Of a stretch of DNA of 64,000 bases, positions 42,172-50,536 are shown piece by piece. Where the stretch lies: assembly GCA_033763455.1 (NCBI GenBank), contig JANRKO010000033.1, positions 198,002 through 262,001 on the forward strand, given 5' to 3'. How positions within the stretch are numbered: the stretch's first letter is position 1; each line of letters starts with the position of its first letter. A program made the translations under genes and the position numbers. The notes below the pieces were generated by a model. It ran no database searches. It saw nothing but the letters and a program-made list of their open reading frames with translations, and had not been told where the DNA came from. This DNA is from Polyangiaceae bacterium. GTDB lineage: Bacteria; Myxococcota_A; Polyangia; Polyangiales; Polyangiaceae.

Positions 42172-43176
42172 GTGACGGCTTCTGATTCAAAAGTTTTCCC
42201 GCACGATGCACTGGTGCGCCGGATCTTTGGCGCACCAGAAAATGCAGCAGCCCAGTTTCGCGCTACGCTTCCTGCAGCACTCCTCGCCAACCTTGATTTG
42301 AGCACTCTCCGCGTCGAAGATAGCAGCTTCGTTAGCCAGGAGTTGCGAGGCACTGTTGTAGACATGCCTTACCGCACCGAGTATCGCGGTAAGCCGGCGT
42401 ACCTCTACGTTCTCTTTGAACACATGAGCACAGTGGATCCGCTCATGCCGTTGCGCACTTTGGGTGGAGCATTGCAAGTTTGGGAGCGCCACGCACAGAA
42501 GGCTCGCTCAGAAGGGGCACCCCTTTTGCCGTTGCCCCTGGTGTTGGTGCAAGTGTTGCATCACAGTGAGCGCGGCTGGACGGCGGCGACGCGCTTCGAA
42601 CAGCTTTTCGATCCAGAACATCTGCTAGATGAGGCAGTGCGCGGGGCCGTGCCGCACTGGGGCTTTTTGCTGGATGATGTCAGCCTGGCAAGCGACGACG
42701 AGTTGCGGCAGCGCCAGCTGGGTCCGATGCTTACAGTGGCGTTGGCGTTGTTGCGGGACAGCCGCCGGGGAGCTCGGCTACTGGGCACGATTGGGGCGTA
42801 TGCCAACGAATTTGAAGCGATCCTAAAGCGCAACGGCGGCCGCGAGGCCTTCCTGGTTTTTGTGCTATATGTGTGGACGGTGACACAAGGCACGGTTGGG
42901 CAAGAGGCGCTGGAAGCCTTCAAGGCGGTCAGAGGAGCAGGAGATGCAGTCATGACATTCGCGGAGGAGTTGGAAGCGCGGGGCGAGGCACGAGGCGAAG
43001 CACGCGGCAAAGCCGAAGGCGTTAGGTTAGTCTTATTGAGCCAGCTGGAGGAAAAGTTCGGGCCCGTCGCCGACAGCGTTCGAGAGCGTATCAGTGGCGC
43101 CGGCGTCGCCGAGTGTCTCCGTTGGTCCGCAAGGCTCCTTCAAGCACGCTCGGCGAGCGAAGTATTAGGGGACTAG
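42172..43176 (+). CDS. Rpn/YhgA-like recombination-promoting nuclease (transposase_31 family)
   Basis: PHDAL, LDLSTL, SFVSQELR, LFEHMS..D..MPLR and C-terminal AEELEARGEARGEARG. Start uncertain. Confidence 0.88.
   Translation: MTASDSKVFPHDALVRRIFGAPENAAAQFRATLPAALLANLDLSTLRVEDSSFVSQELRGTVVDMPYRTEYRGKPAYLYVLFEHMSTVDPLMPLRTLGGALQVWERHAQKARSEGAPLLPLPLVLVQVLHHSERGWTAATRFEQLFDPEHLLDEAVRGAVPHWGFLLDDVSLASDDELRQRQLGPMLTVALALLRDSRRGARLLGTIGAYANEFEAILKRNGGREAFLVFVLYVWTVTQGTVGQEALEAFKAVRGAGDAVMTFAEELEARGEARGEARGKAEGVRLVLLSQLEEKFGPVADSVRERISGAGVAECLRWSARLLQARSASEVLGD
42952..43176 (+). CDS. Probable nested in-frame small protein (RpnS-like antitoxin)
   Basis: Internal SD-like AGAGGAGCAGGAG ends 8 nt upstream of an in-frame ATG (MTFAEELEARG); 74 aa. 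Confidence 0.6.
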   Translation: MTFAEELEARGEARGEARGKAEGVRLVLLSQLEEKFGPVADSVRERISGAGVAECLRWSARLLQARSASEVLGD

Positions 43177-43256
43177 GTCTGCCTGCCAACGGGGCAGTGC
43201 GATGCTGTTAATTGGTAATTCATAAGGCTCGGCGGCATCCAACGGCTCTGGCCGTT

Positions 43257-43820
43257 TTATAGAACCGCGTAGAGCGCGTCCACATCCACGAAGCACCCGA
43301 TGGAATCGAGCTCTACCCGCCCACCGGCTCCGATCTGCAAGGCTGACCACTCATCCCCCGAGCGACGCCACACCTCAATTTGCCGTTCGTGCTGGGAAAC
43401 CAGTGCGTACTGCTCAAGGGAAGCAATGCGCTGATAGTGCTTCCTCTTCGCTCCGCGATCGTAGGCTTCAGTGCTGTCGCTCAGCACTTCAACAATAAGC
43501 TTAGGATTCGTCGCCGTGTCTTTCCCCGCCGGATCTCCTTCGAGCGGCCCGCACACCACCGAAACGTCAGGGTACGTTGCCAGGCCCGTTTCCAGCACCC
43601 GAATCCTCAAATCTGAACTATAAACGCGGCACGGCTTGCCCTGCAGCTGCGCATAGAGGGTGCCCACGAAGGCCGCCGTAAGGGCCGCATGCGCCGGCGT
43701 GCCACCGGGCATGGCATAGATCTCTCCATCAAAGTACTCGTGCCTGTGCGTGCCCTGCTGATCCACCGACAAGTACTCGGCGTACGTATAGCGATGGCGG
43801 GGCGCCGGAAACGAGGACAT
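43257..43820 (-). CDS. Uma2 (DUF820) family endonuclease
   Basis: YTYAEYL, RHEYFDGEIYAM, YPDVSVVC and IVEVLSDSTEAYDRG. Confidence 0.93.
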   Translation of the reverse strand: MSSFPAPRHRYTYAEYLSVDQQGTHRHEYFDGEIYAMPGGTPAHAALTAAFVGTLYAQLQGKPCRVYSSDLRIRVLETGLATYPDVSVVCGPLEGDPAGKDTATNPKLIVEVLSDSTEAYDRGAKRKHYQRIASLEQYALVSQHERQIEVWRRSGDEWSALQIGAGGRVELDSIGCFVDVDALYAVL

Positions 43821-43888
43821 ACCCGAAGCTACGGCCGTGTCCGCGCCCGCGCCAGCCCGAAATGGTGAGCGCTCCCCCAAAGCCGACC

Positions 43889-44296
43889 CTAAACCGACCA
43901 ATCCTCAATCAGCAGCCCTGGCACGCGGGCGAGGTGCTTCACATTGGCTGTTACAAGCACCGAGCCGTGCGCGAGCGCGTGGGCGGCGACCGCAAGATCG
44001 AAGTCCTCAATGCGCTCGCCCCGTTTCTCCAGGGTCGCTTTCGCACGGCCGAAATCTGCGCTCACCTCATCCGACCAAATGGCTCGCGCGATCTCACTCT
44101 TTAACAGCTCGAAGCGCGCCACCAGCGCTTCCTTGCGCTTCGAGCGCGTGAGCCGACTCAGCCCGTATTCGATCTCCGCGAGTACGGGCTGAGGCAAAAA
44201 CACCTGAGCTCGCGACACAGCTTTGAGGTGCTCAATCAAGCGGGCGTCTCCCCGCATCAAAGCCGAGACAGCATTCGTGTCTAGAATGTACTTCAA
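43889..44296 (-). CDS. vapC: PIN-domain toxin (VapC)
   Basis: YILDTNAVS, AEIEYG, FDLAVAAHAL and VTANVKH. Confidence 0.92.
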   Translation of the reverse strand: MKYILDTNAVSALMRGDARLIEHLKAVSRAQVFLPQPVLAEIEYGLSRLTRSKRKEALVARFELLKSEIARAIWSDEVSADFGRAKATLEKRGERIEDFDLAVAAHALAHGSVLVTANVKHLARVPGLLIEDWSV

Positions 44297-44541
44297 AGGC
44301 GCACCGGCTTCTTCGACCGCCGATGCGCATGGATCTGCTCAAGCATCTCAGCTGCTGCTTCCTCCACTTCCGGCTCCACCGTACTGAGCCGCTCCAGAAA
44401 ACCTGGCGACCACTCCGTGCCCTCGACCACTTCACGTTCAAGGGCGCGTACGATGAGCCGATTCCGACTGATATTGAGCGCGCGCGCGCGGCGATCTGCC
44501 GCCAGAAGAAGGTGTTTGGGAATGTGCACACTCGTGGGCAT
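44293..44541 (-). CDS. vapB: Ribbon-helix-helix antitoxin
   Basis: MPTSVHIPKHLL..ADRRARALNISRNRLI; 4-bp overlap with the toxin gene. Confidence 0.8.
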   Translation of the reverse strand: MPTSVHIPKHLLLAADRRARALNISRNRLIVRALEREVVEGTEWSPGFLERLSTVEPEVEEAAAEMLEQIHAHRRSKKPVRL

Positions 44542-44542
44542 A

Positions 44543-44633
44543 GTATATTTGTAGTATACTCGCTGTTCTGGGCGGGGCAAGGTGGGCAAGGGGCGCAAAA
44601 CGGGCTTGATCCCAAACATTACCGTGGTAATGT
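44543..44633. promoter_or_regulatory. Divergent TA promoter region with two palindromic operators
   Basis: AGTATA-N7-TATACT next to the RHH start; ACATTACC-gt-GGTAATGT (44616-44633) downstream of TTGATC, just before the AbrB ATG. Confidence 0.65.
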
Positions 44634-44639
44634 GAGTCT

Positions 44640-44900
44640 ATGCCGCTTCCGAATTCCAAAGTCACCGCGCAGGGGCAAATCTCGGTACCTGCCGAAATTC
44701 GGCGCAAATTAGGCATCGGCCCGGGCTCCGTCTTGGAGTGGCACGATGCGGGTGATCACGTGGTGGTTCGCAAAGCTGGGCGCTTTTCTTCGGAAGAAAT
44801 TCATCGCGCCGTTTTCGCCAAGCGCCCGCAACCTCAGAAGCTTGAGGCCCTAAAGGAAGCCGTGCGCAAGCATCTCCGGGAGAAGCATGCGCGCCGTTGA
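44640..44900 (+). CDS. AbrB/MazE/SpoVT family antitoxin
   Basis: SKVTAQGQISVPAEIRRKLGIGPG. Confidence 0.92.
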   Translation: MPLPNSKVTAQGQISVPAEIRRKLGIGPGSVLEWHDAGDHVVVRKAGRFSSEEIHRAVFAKRPQPQKLEALKEAVRKHLREKHARR

Positions 44901-45267
44901 CACAAATGTGCTGGTGCGTCTCATCACCCGTGATGATGCCGCCCAAGTTGCTTCAGCCGAGGCTTTTATCAAGAAGGGCGCGTGGGTATCCCATCTGGTT
45001 CTCGCCGAGCTCACCTGGGTGCTCGGCGCAGCCTACGGGCTCGGCCACGCAGCCATCGCGACGACCATTGAAATGTTGCTCAGCCATGCACAATTGACGC
45101 TGCAGGATTCGGACGTAGTGCTCGAAGCTCTCACCCACTACCGAAAGAAGCCGGCATTGGGCTTCTCCGATTGCTTGGTGCTAGAGATCGCAAAAAAGGC
45201 CGGGCATACGCCGCTTGGAACGTTTGCTCGGAGTCTCAGCAGGCTCGACGGCGTTGAACGGGTGTAG
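44887..45267 (+). CDS. vapC: PIN-domain toxin (VapC)
   Basis: AVDTNVLVR, VLAELTWVL and FSDCL; overlaps the antitoxin. The usual C-terminal TFD reads TFA. Confidence 0.9.
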   Translation: MRAVDTNVLVRLITRDDAAQVASAEAFIKKGAWVSHLVLAELTWVLGAAYGLGHAAIATTIEMLLSHAQLTLQDSDVVLEALTHYRKKPALGFSDCLVLEIAKKAGHTPLGTFARSLSRLDGVERV

Positions 45268-45324
45268 GGCGCACTGTGAAGGGCGGCGTTGGGAGGGCTC
45301 GCACTCACACGTTTTTTGTGTCAG

Positions 45325-46503
45325 TTACCTCCCAGCCCGCGTCCAATCGAAGCCTTGGATTTCAGCCCAAGGGACGACGCTACCGGACGAGCGCTTCTGA
45401 GAAGCGCTCCCACCATACACCAGAACTGGTTCGACGTTCTCTCGGCCGACGAGAGCCTGAAACTTGGCGAGAGCATCGAAAAAATCGGAAGCCACGGTGC
45501 GACCCGACTTTACCTCTACGGCGAGGAGTCGCTTTCCGGAGTCGACCAGGACGTCCACCTCGGTGCCCTGGTGATCTCGAAAAAAGCCGAGACGCGGTTG
45601 CATGCCCCGATTCGTGTGCGCCTTATAGATCTCCGACACAACCCAGCTTTCGAAGATCGCACCACGGTGCGGATGCGCGATCAGCTCGTCCGAACTGTGG
45701 ATACCTAATAAGTAACACAGGAGCCCGCTGTCGTAGAAATGCAACTTGGGTGTCCTTACCAGCCGCTTGTTCAGATTCACCGCCCAAGGTGGCAACCGAT
45801 GGAGCAGGTAGCTCGCCTCAAGCACTGAGATCCAAGCCTTCGCCGTGTTGTGCGTGATCCCGCAGCTTGCTCCGAGTGCTGAAAGGTTCAAGAGCGAGGC
45901 CGAGTGGCCAGCGCACAATCGAAGAAACGTCTGGAACGAAGTGAGATCGGTTACTTTGAGCACCTGCCGCACGTCGCGTTCGACGTAGGTGCGAACGTAG
46001 TTGGCAAGCCACTCTCGTGGCTTCTGGCGACGATCATAGATGGCTGGGTAGCCTCCAGCTAGAAGCACATCGAAGAGGTCACGCGGCACCTTGGGAAATT
46101 GACGAAGTTCCGCAAGGCTCATGGGGAGCAGCGTGATCAGCGCCACACGCCCGGCTAGTGACTGCGAGACGCTTTGGGTAAGCGTGAAGTTCTCAGAACC
46201 AGTCAGGATGAAAAGCCCCGACTTCCGGCGCTCATCGACGATGCTCTGGAGGTAAGATGCGAGCTCCGGCGTTCGCTGCACCTCGTCCAGAACTGCGCCT
46301 CGCGGGTACTGCGAAAGGAAGCCCCGAGGGTCTGACGTCGCAAAGTGGCGCGTATCTGGATCTTCCAACGAGACGTACGGCTTCTTGGGGAAGACCGCGC
46401 GACAGAGTGTCGTCTTCCCGGACTGCCGAGGCCCGAGCACTGCAACCACCGGATACCGCCGCGCTAGAGCCCGCAAATGCGGTTCCAGAGTGCGAGCGAC
46501 CAT
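45325..46503 (-). CDS. AAA_14 ATPase with C-terminal DUF4143
   Basis: GPRQSGKTT, LDEVQR, LTGS, SLAGR, GGYP, PKLHFYDSGL and EVDVL..AVEVKSG. Confidence 0.93.
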   Translation of the reverse strand: MVARTLEPHLRALARRYPVVAVLGPRQSGKTTLCRAVFPKKPYVSLEDPDTRHFATSDPRGFLSQYPRGAVLDEVQRTPELASYLQSIVDERRKSGLFILTGSENFTLTQSVSQSLAGRVALITLLPMSLAELRQFPKVPRDLFDVLLAGGYPAIYDRRQKPREWLANYVRTYVERDVRQVLKVTDLTSFQTFLRLCAGHSASLLNLSALGASCGITHNTAKAWISVLEASYLLHRLPPWAVNLNKRLVRTPKLHFYDSGLLCYLLGIHSSDELIAHPHRGAIFESWVVSEIYKAHTNRGMQPRLGFFRDHQGTEVDVLVDSGKRLLAVEVKSGRTVASDFFDALAKFQALVGRENVEPVLVYGGSASQKRSSGSVVPWAEIQGFDWTRAGR

Positions 46504-46509
46504 GGGCCA

Positions 46510-46559
46510 AGTATCGACAAGCTATGAAAATTGTCAATTGCATTTACAATTTTCATAGC
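46510..46559 (-). promoter_or_regulatory. Sigma-70 promoter overlapped by a perfect 14-bp inverted repeat
   Basis: GCTATGAAAATTGT-N11-ACAATTTTCATAGC (46521-46559); the minus strand reads TTGACA-N16-GATACT-N6-ATG. Confidence 0.8.
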
Positions 46560-46716
46560 CTAAACCGCAGAAACAGGGTCATTGAGGGCCACTGGCAACC
46601 GCCCGACTTGCTCCCCAACTTGCGCCCCCATTAAACTAAGGATGACTCCGTGGATGGGCCCAATCGGCGGCGTGATTAGGCGTGACTTGTCGGATGTACA
46701 GTGTGGGCCTGGCCAC

Positions 46717-48165
46717 TCATTTCGCCTCCCTCGTTACGGCCGCGAGTCGGGCCCTGCCCGCGGGAGTAAGGCGGTATCGCTGAAAGCGGCTGGTGGGCTT
46801 GTCGGGAAGAGTCAACGCAAGGGTACCATCGCCAGTGAGCTTTCGAATCGTCGCATGAAGCGGGCCAGACGGTTGTCGCTGCCCGAGCGCAGCGGCGATC
46901 GCGGCCTTTCCCATCGGGCCATTTAGCAATGCTGCAAGCACTCGCGACTCTAGCTGTGACCCTAGCTGTGACCCTAGCTCCGACTCTAGCTCCGACTCAC
47001 TTAGCGTCGGCGGACTCGTGTTGATCTCAGCCTGCGCCGCACCCCCCTGCCATGCCCACCGGAGCCAAACACCGCTACCGTCGTACTCAACCGTCGGCTC
47101 CGATGCACCTGCCTCTAGGCACGCATCACGGATCTTCTCGTAGCCGCGTCCCCACGCCTCGATCAGCCCGGCGCGAAAGAAAGTACCGGCAATATCGGGA
47201 TTGGGAGGCATGGACACGTGGGGTCCAAGCAGTGTCATCGCGGTCCACGTTTCAGGGAGCACACCGGGATTCCAGATCCAAAGCCGGTCTCGGTAGACGC
47301 GGATCTGGATGGGCACACCCGAACCGTAGTCCTTGTGGATGAGGGCGTTCAACAAGGCTTCGCGTAGCGCCTCGCGAGGGATCGGAAACGTTTCGCGGCG
47401 CCGCAGCCCTCGGTAGCTGATCCACGCAACCATGTATTTCGTGAGGAGGAGCTCGACTGTTCGCTCCACTTGTGTGAACAGGTCACCGTGCACTTCGTCG
47501 TGATAGGCAAGGTCACTCTCGCTGCGAAACATGCCAACCTTCACATAAGCGCCCGTGAACCAGCGCTCGGGATCTTCATGGAACAGCAGCAGCGCGGCGC
47601 GCTTTAGCATGCCCGCCTCCGTGAGTCGTAGGCGCTGCACTAACTCCGAACGCGGAAGGGTGAGCGCCTTCGGCGGAAGCCGCTCACTCTCTTTCGCGTA
47701 CTCCTTGAACTGCCTAAACGCCGCCGAGCTGAGATCCTTCACGGCAATGCCCGGAACGGGGGCGCCGTCCCAGTGTCGGCCGAGTTTCCTCAGCAAGAAC
47801 GCGGAGAGCGCATTTCCCGTCAGCTGCTGCTTTGTGCTGCCCGAGCGAAAGTGGTACTCGCCACGATAACTGATGGGCGTGGGCGACGCGCCGACATCAA
47901 TCTCGACGAGCGCTTTACCCTTCTTGATGACGGCGCGCACCGGCACAATGAGACCGAGGCTGTCGCGGATCTTGTTCGGTAGGTCGACAAGCAGACGCTG
48001 AGCATCGCGCACACCGACTGGCTCACCCTTATCATTCTTGCCAATGATTAGCGTGCCGCCGTCTGCATTGGCAAAACCGCAGAGCCAACGCAGATACTCG
48101 TCGCGCCATGACTCCTTCCACTCGACGAGGTGGGTCTCAGCCTTTGAGGTCACGGCGCGAGCCAT
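46717..48165 (-). CDS. AlbA_2 (Schlafen-like) domain protein with RecG-C/HATPase_c_4 region and C-terminal HTH
   Basis: ETHLVEWKE, GFANADGGTLIIG, REALLNALIHKDY, IEAWGRG, tetrapeptide repeats and DKPTSRFQRYRLT. Confidence 0.9.
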   Translation of the reverse strand: MARAVTSKAETHLVEWKESWRDEYLRWLCGFANADGGTLIIGKNDKGEPVGVRDAQRLLVDLPNKIRDSLGLIVPVRAVIKKGKALVEIDVGASPTPISYRGEYHFRSGSTKQQLTGNALSAFLLRKLGRHWDGAPVPGIAVKDLSSAAFRQFKEYAKESERLPPKALTLPRSELVQRLRLTEAGMLKRAALLLFHEDPERWFTGAYVKVGMFRSESDLAYHDEVHGDLFTQVERTVELLLTKYMVAWISYRGLRRRETFPIPREALREALLNALIHKDYGSGVPIQIRVYRDRLWIWNPGVLPETWTAMTLLGPHVSMPPNPDIAGTFFRAGLIEAWGRGYEKIRDACLEAGASEPTVEYDGSGVWLRWAWQGGAAQAEINTSPPTLSESELESELGSQLGSQLESRVLAALLNGPMGKAAIAAALGQRQPSGPLHATIRKLTGDGTLALTLPDKPTSRFQRYRLTPAGRARLAAVTREAK

Positions 48166-48316
48166 TACAGGTACCCTTGCTGGTTGTGGCGCGAGAAGAG
48201 TTTAACGTTCATGCTTCCCTCCGCATCATGCCTTCGTTGCAGTCGCCATTGCCACCGGCCCCGACGTTCCCGGACTCCAGGGCGGCCTTGTCCAGTGACG
48301 GCCGCCGCCCTAAACG

Positions 48317-49135
48317 TCACCTAGCCGCGCCCGAACCCTCCTGCGGCAGCAGCTCGATGCTCATGCCAGTCACGAACCCCACGACGCAACGGACCTCGAT
48401 GCGATCGTCGAAGACGGCGACAGCAACGTACGAGCTCGGGTTGCTCATGTCCCGGTGGATGACGGCGTCAATAACAACTTCGCGCAGCGCCTCCGCAGCC
48501 ACCGGCAGCCGGTCTTCGCGGTTAATGGCGCCCGAAGGAAAGCGCGCGGAGATTGGCAAAGTCCGGTCGAGCCAAGCCGTAGAGCATCTGCGCGGCCTGA
48601 GTGATCTGCCCATCGATACGTAGGCCGAGCCGGTCGAGAATATCGCCAACGTCCATGCTCGTGCCGGCCGAGAGCCGCCGCTGCTCAATTGCGGTTTGCC
48701 TTGTGCGGAGGACCTCCTCGCGGTCGAGGTCGTCCAGCCTCACTCCCACGGCGGGCTGATTCTCCCAGCGATGCCGGCTGTGATTGCGATCAAGGAGCGG
48801 GCGCCCGTATTCCTCTTGCGACATCACCGTCGTCGTCGATCCCACGCGCTTGTACGGCTTCGCCTCAAAGACGAACGGTGCGTACTGCAAGGACGGTGCT
48901 GCATCGAGCACGATCACTTGTCGGCCGTTGCCGAGGTCCACACGGCTCATCTCAACGCGCGCTGGTGGCTCAAAAACGGCCGAGCATTGCCGCGACGTCG
49001 CGGAGCGTGATGTCGGCGACCTCTTGACCGACGAGTTTTCCGTCGGGGCCTACGCCAATGAGCACCTTGCCGCCGTCACCGTTCAGAAACGCACAAAGGG
49101 ACTCACCAGCGCGGCGCAACTCGGCGGTTTGATCG
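48317..49135 (-). pseudogene. Decayed second AlbA_2/RecG-C-like gene
   Basis: Three fragments in separate ORFs: CAFLNGDGGKVLIGV; YKRVGSTT; ALREVVIDAVIHRD..FDDRIEV. Both ends are truncated and there is an apparent internal deletion. Confidence 0.85.
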
Positions 49136-49266
49136 AAAGAGTCCCGGGCGGCTAGAGCCAAAGCAACGCTCGGTCTTTTGGCCGGTTCGACAATAAGCGG
49201 GGCTTCCCGTACGGTCGCAAGTTATCTTTAGCAAGCGATGCAGCGTGGCTGCGGAAGGGGCCGGCG

Positions 49267-50274
49267 GTGGGTCAACAGAACAGATACAAGAGCGTCACTC
49301 GCGTATTCCAAGCGTTTGCCGAGCAGCGCACTTGGAAGCAGGCGGAATTGGCACGCGATGTAGGAATTAGTGCAGACGCGTTACGCACTCTACTGCAAGA
49401 ATTGCAGGCATCTGGCATGAAGCTGCACCAAGAATCCGAGCCCCCACAGGTTTATTGGAGCGTACCGAAGGGCTGGTTCCCAGGCGGGATTCTACTTTCC
49501 GACTCCGATTTTCCGACGCTTTTGCGCGCCGCCTTCGAATTGCCCGAGAGTACCGCCCGCACCTCACTTTTGAAGAAAATCTTGGGCACTCAAGGCCATC
49601 CTGAAGCCACTGAGCTCGTGTTAACTCGCGAGGGCAACCCGCGGGAAGATTTGGCGTATGAAGTGGTCCAAAAGGCACTCGTAGAGAACAAGGCACTGCA
49701 GCTCCTCTACCTGACGCAAAGCCGAGGCGTTGAGGGGTCCCGCGTGGTTTCGCCGCAAAAGCTCGTAACGCGCCCCCACCCTCGCCTGCTCGCCTGGTGC
49801 CACCAGACCTGCGAACTGCGCTGGTTTCGTCTGGACAACGTGCTCAGCGCCAGCCTCGGCAACGCGGAGGCCTTCGTGACTTGCAGTGCAGAAGCGGTAA
49901 AGCGCGTCCTCAAGGAAAGCGTGGACGGCTTCCACGGCTCCGAGCCCGAAGGTAGCGAGGAACTGGCATTCTTCGTGCGCCATCCGGAGGCCAGCTGGGT
50001 GAAGAAGAACCTTCTTTCGTCCATGCGCGTCGATGCTAGGGGCTCCACATCCGAAGGCATACGGATCGTTTGTGGGCGTCGAGGTGCACCCGTGGTGGCG
50101 CGCTTCGTAGTGGGCCTTGGCGCTGCCGCTCGCGCGGAGGGTCCCTTATTAAAGGCGCAGGTGGTCAACCTCGCCGAAGAATCCTTGCGCGTGCACACGG
50201 GGGGAGTGAAACGTACGGCGGGGCGCACGCCGCGCGTGAGCGCTGTTAAGTTGGCAGCAAAGGGGAAAGGGTAA
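49267..50274 (+). CDS. WYL-domain transcriptional regulator (HTH-WYL-WCX)
   Basis: QAELARDVGIS helix-turn-helix; Y..SRG....RVVSP..L, LLAWCH...ELRWFRLDNV. Confidence 0.9.
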   Translation: MGQQNRYKSVTRVFQAFAEQRTWKQAELARDVGISADALRTLLQELQASGMKLHQESEPPQVYWSVPKGWFPGGILLSDSDFPTLLRAAFELPESTARTSLLKKILGTQGHPEATELVLTREGNPREDLAYEVVQKALVENKALQLLYLTQSRGVEGSRVVSPQKLVTRPHPRLLAWCHQTCELRWFRLDNVLSASLGNAEAFVTCSAEAVKRVLKESVDGFHGSEPEGSEELAFFVRHPEASWVKKNLLSSMRVDARGSTSEGIRIVCGRRGAPVVARFVVGLGAAARAEGPLLKAQVVNLAEESLRVHTGGVKRTAGRTPRVSAVKLAAKGKG

Positions 50275-50398
50275 TGTTGGGGATCCAGCGTTTGGGAGCG
50301 GCTGCACTGAACAGGTGCGAAGTGCCGGCTAATTATGGCAATGGTTGGCGGGGTGGGGTGTGGGATGAAGGGGTGGTGATGGAAAAGGTGTGTGCAAC

Positions 50399-50536
50399 AT
50401 GAGAGGCGCTCCAACGACCTTCTGGGGAAAGCTTGAGCGTGATGAGACGAACACCGTACGCGCGTGGCACCCGCTGCTTGCGCATTGTGCGGATGTTGCG
50501 GCCCAACGATGCGGGCTGGGCGGGCGCTATGGATGA
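50399..50536 (+). pseudogene. cas3: N-terminal remnant of a stand-alone (I-E-like) Cas3 HD domain
   Basis: Manual translation MRGAPTTFWGKLERDETNTVRAWHPLLAHCADVAA followed by 10 unrelated residues; the stop overlaps the start of cas1. Too short for the ORF track. Confidence 0.75.

Noticed and set aside
46941..47000. 12-bp repeats in the AlbA_2 gene
   Set aside because: They encode an ESEL/GSQL tetrapeptide linker that is common in this family.
50433..50528. N-terminal extension of Cas1 in the ORF track
   Set aside because: Cas1f similarity begins at MDELSPSDLK; the upstream bases are better explained by the cas3 remnant in another frame.
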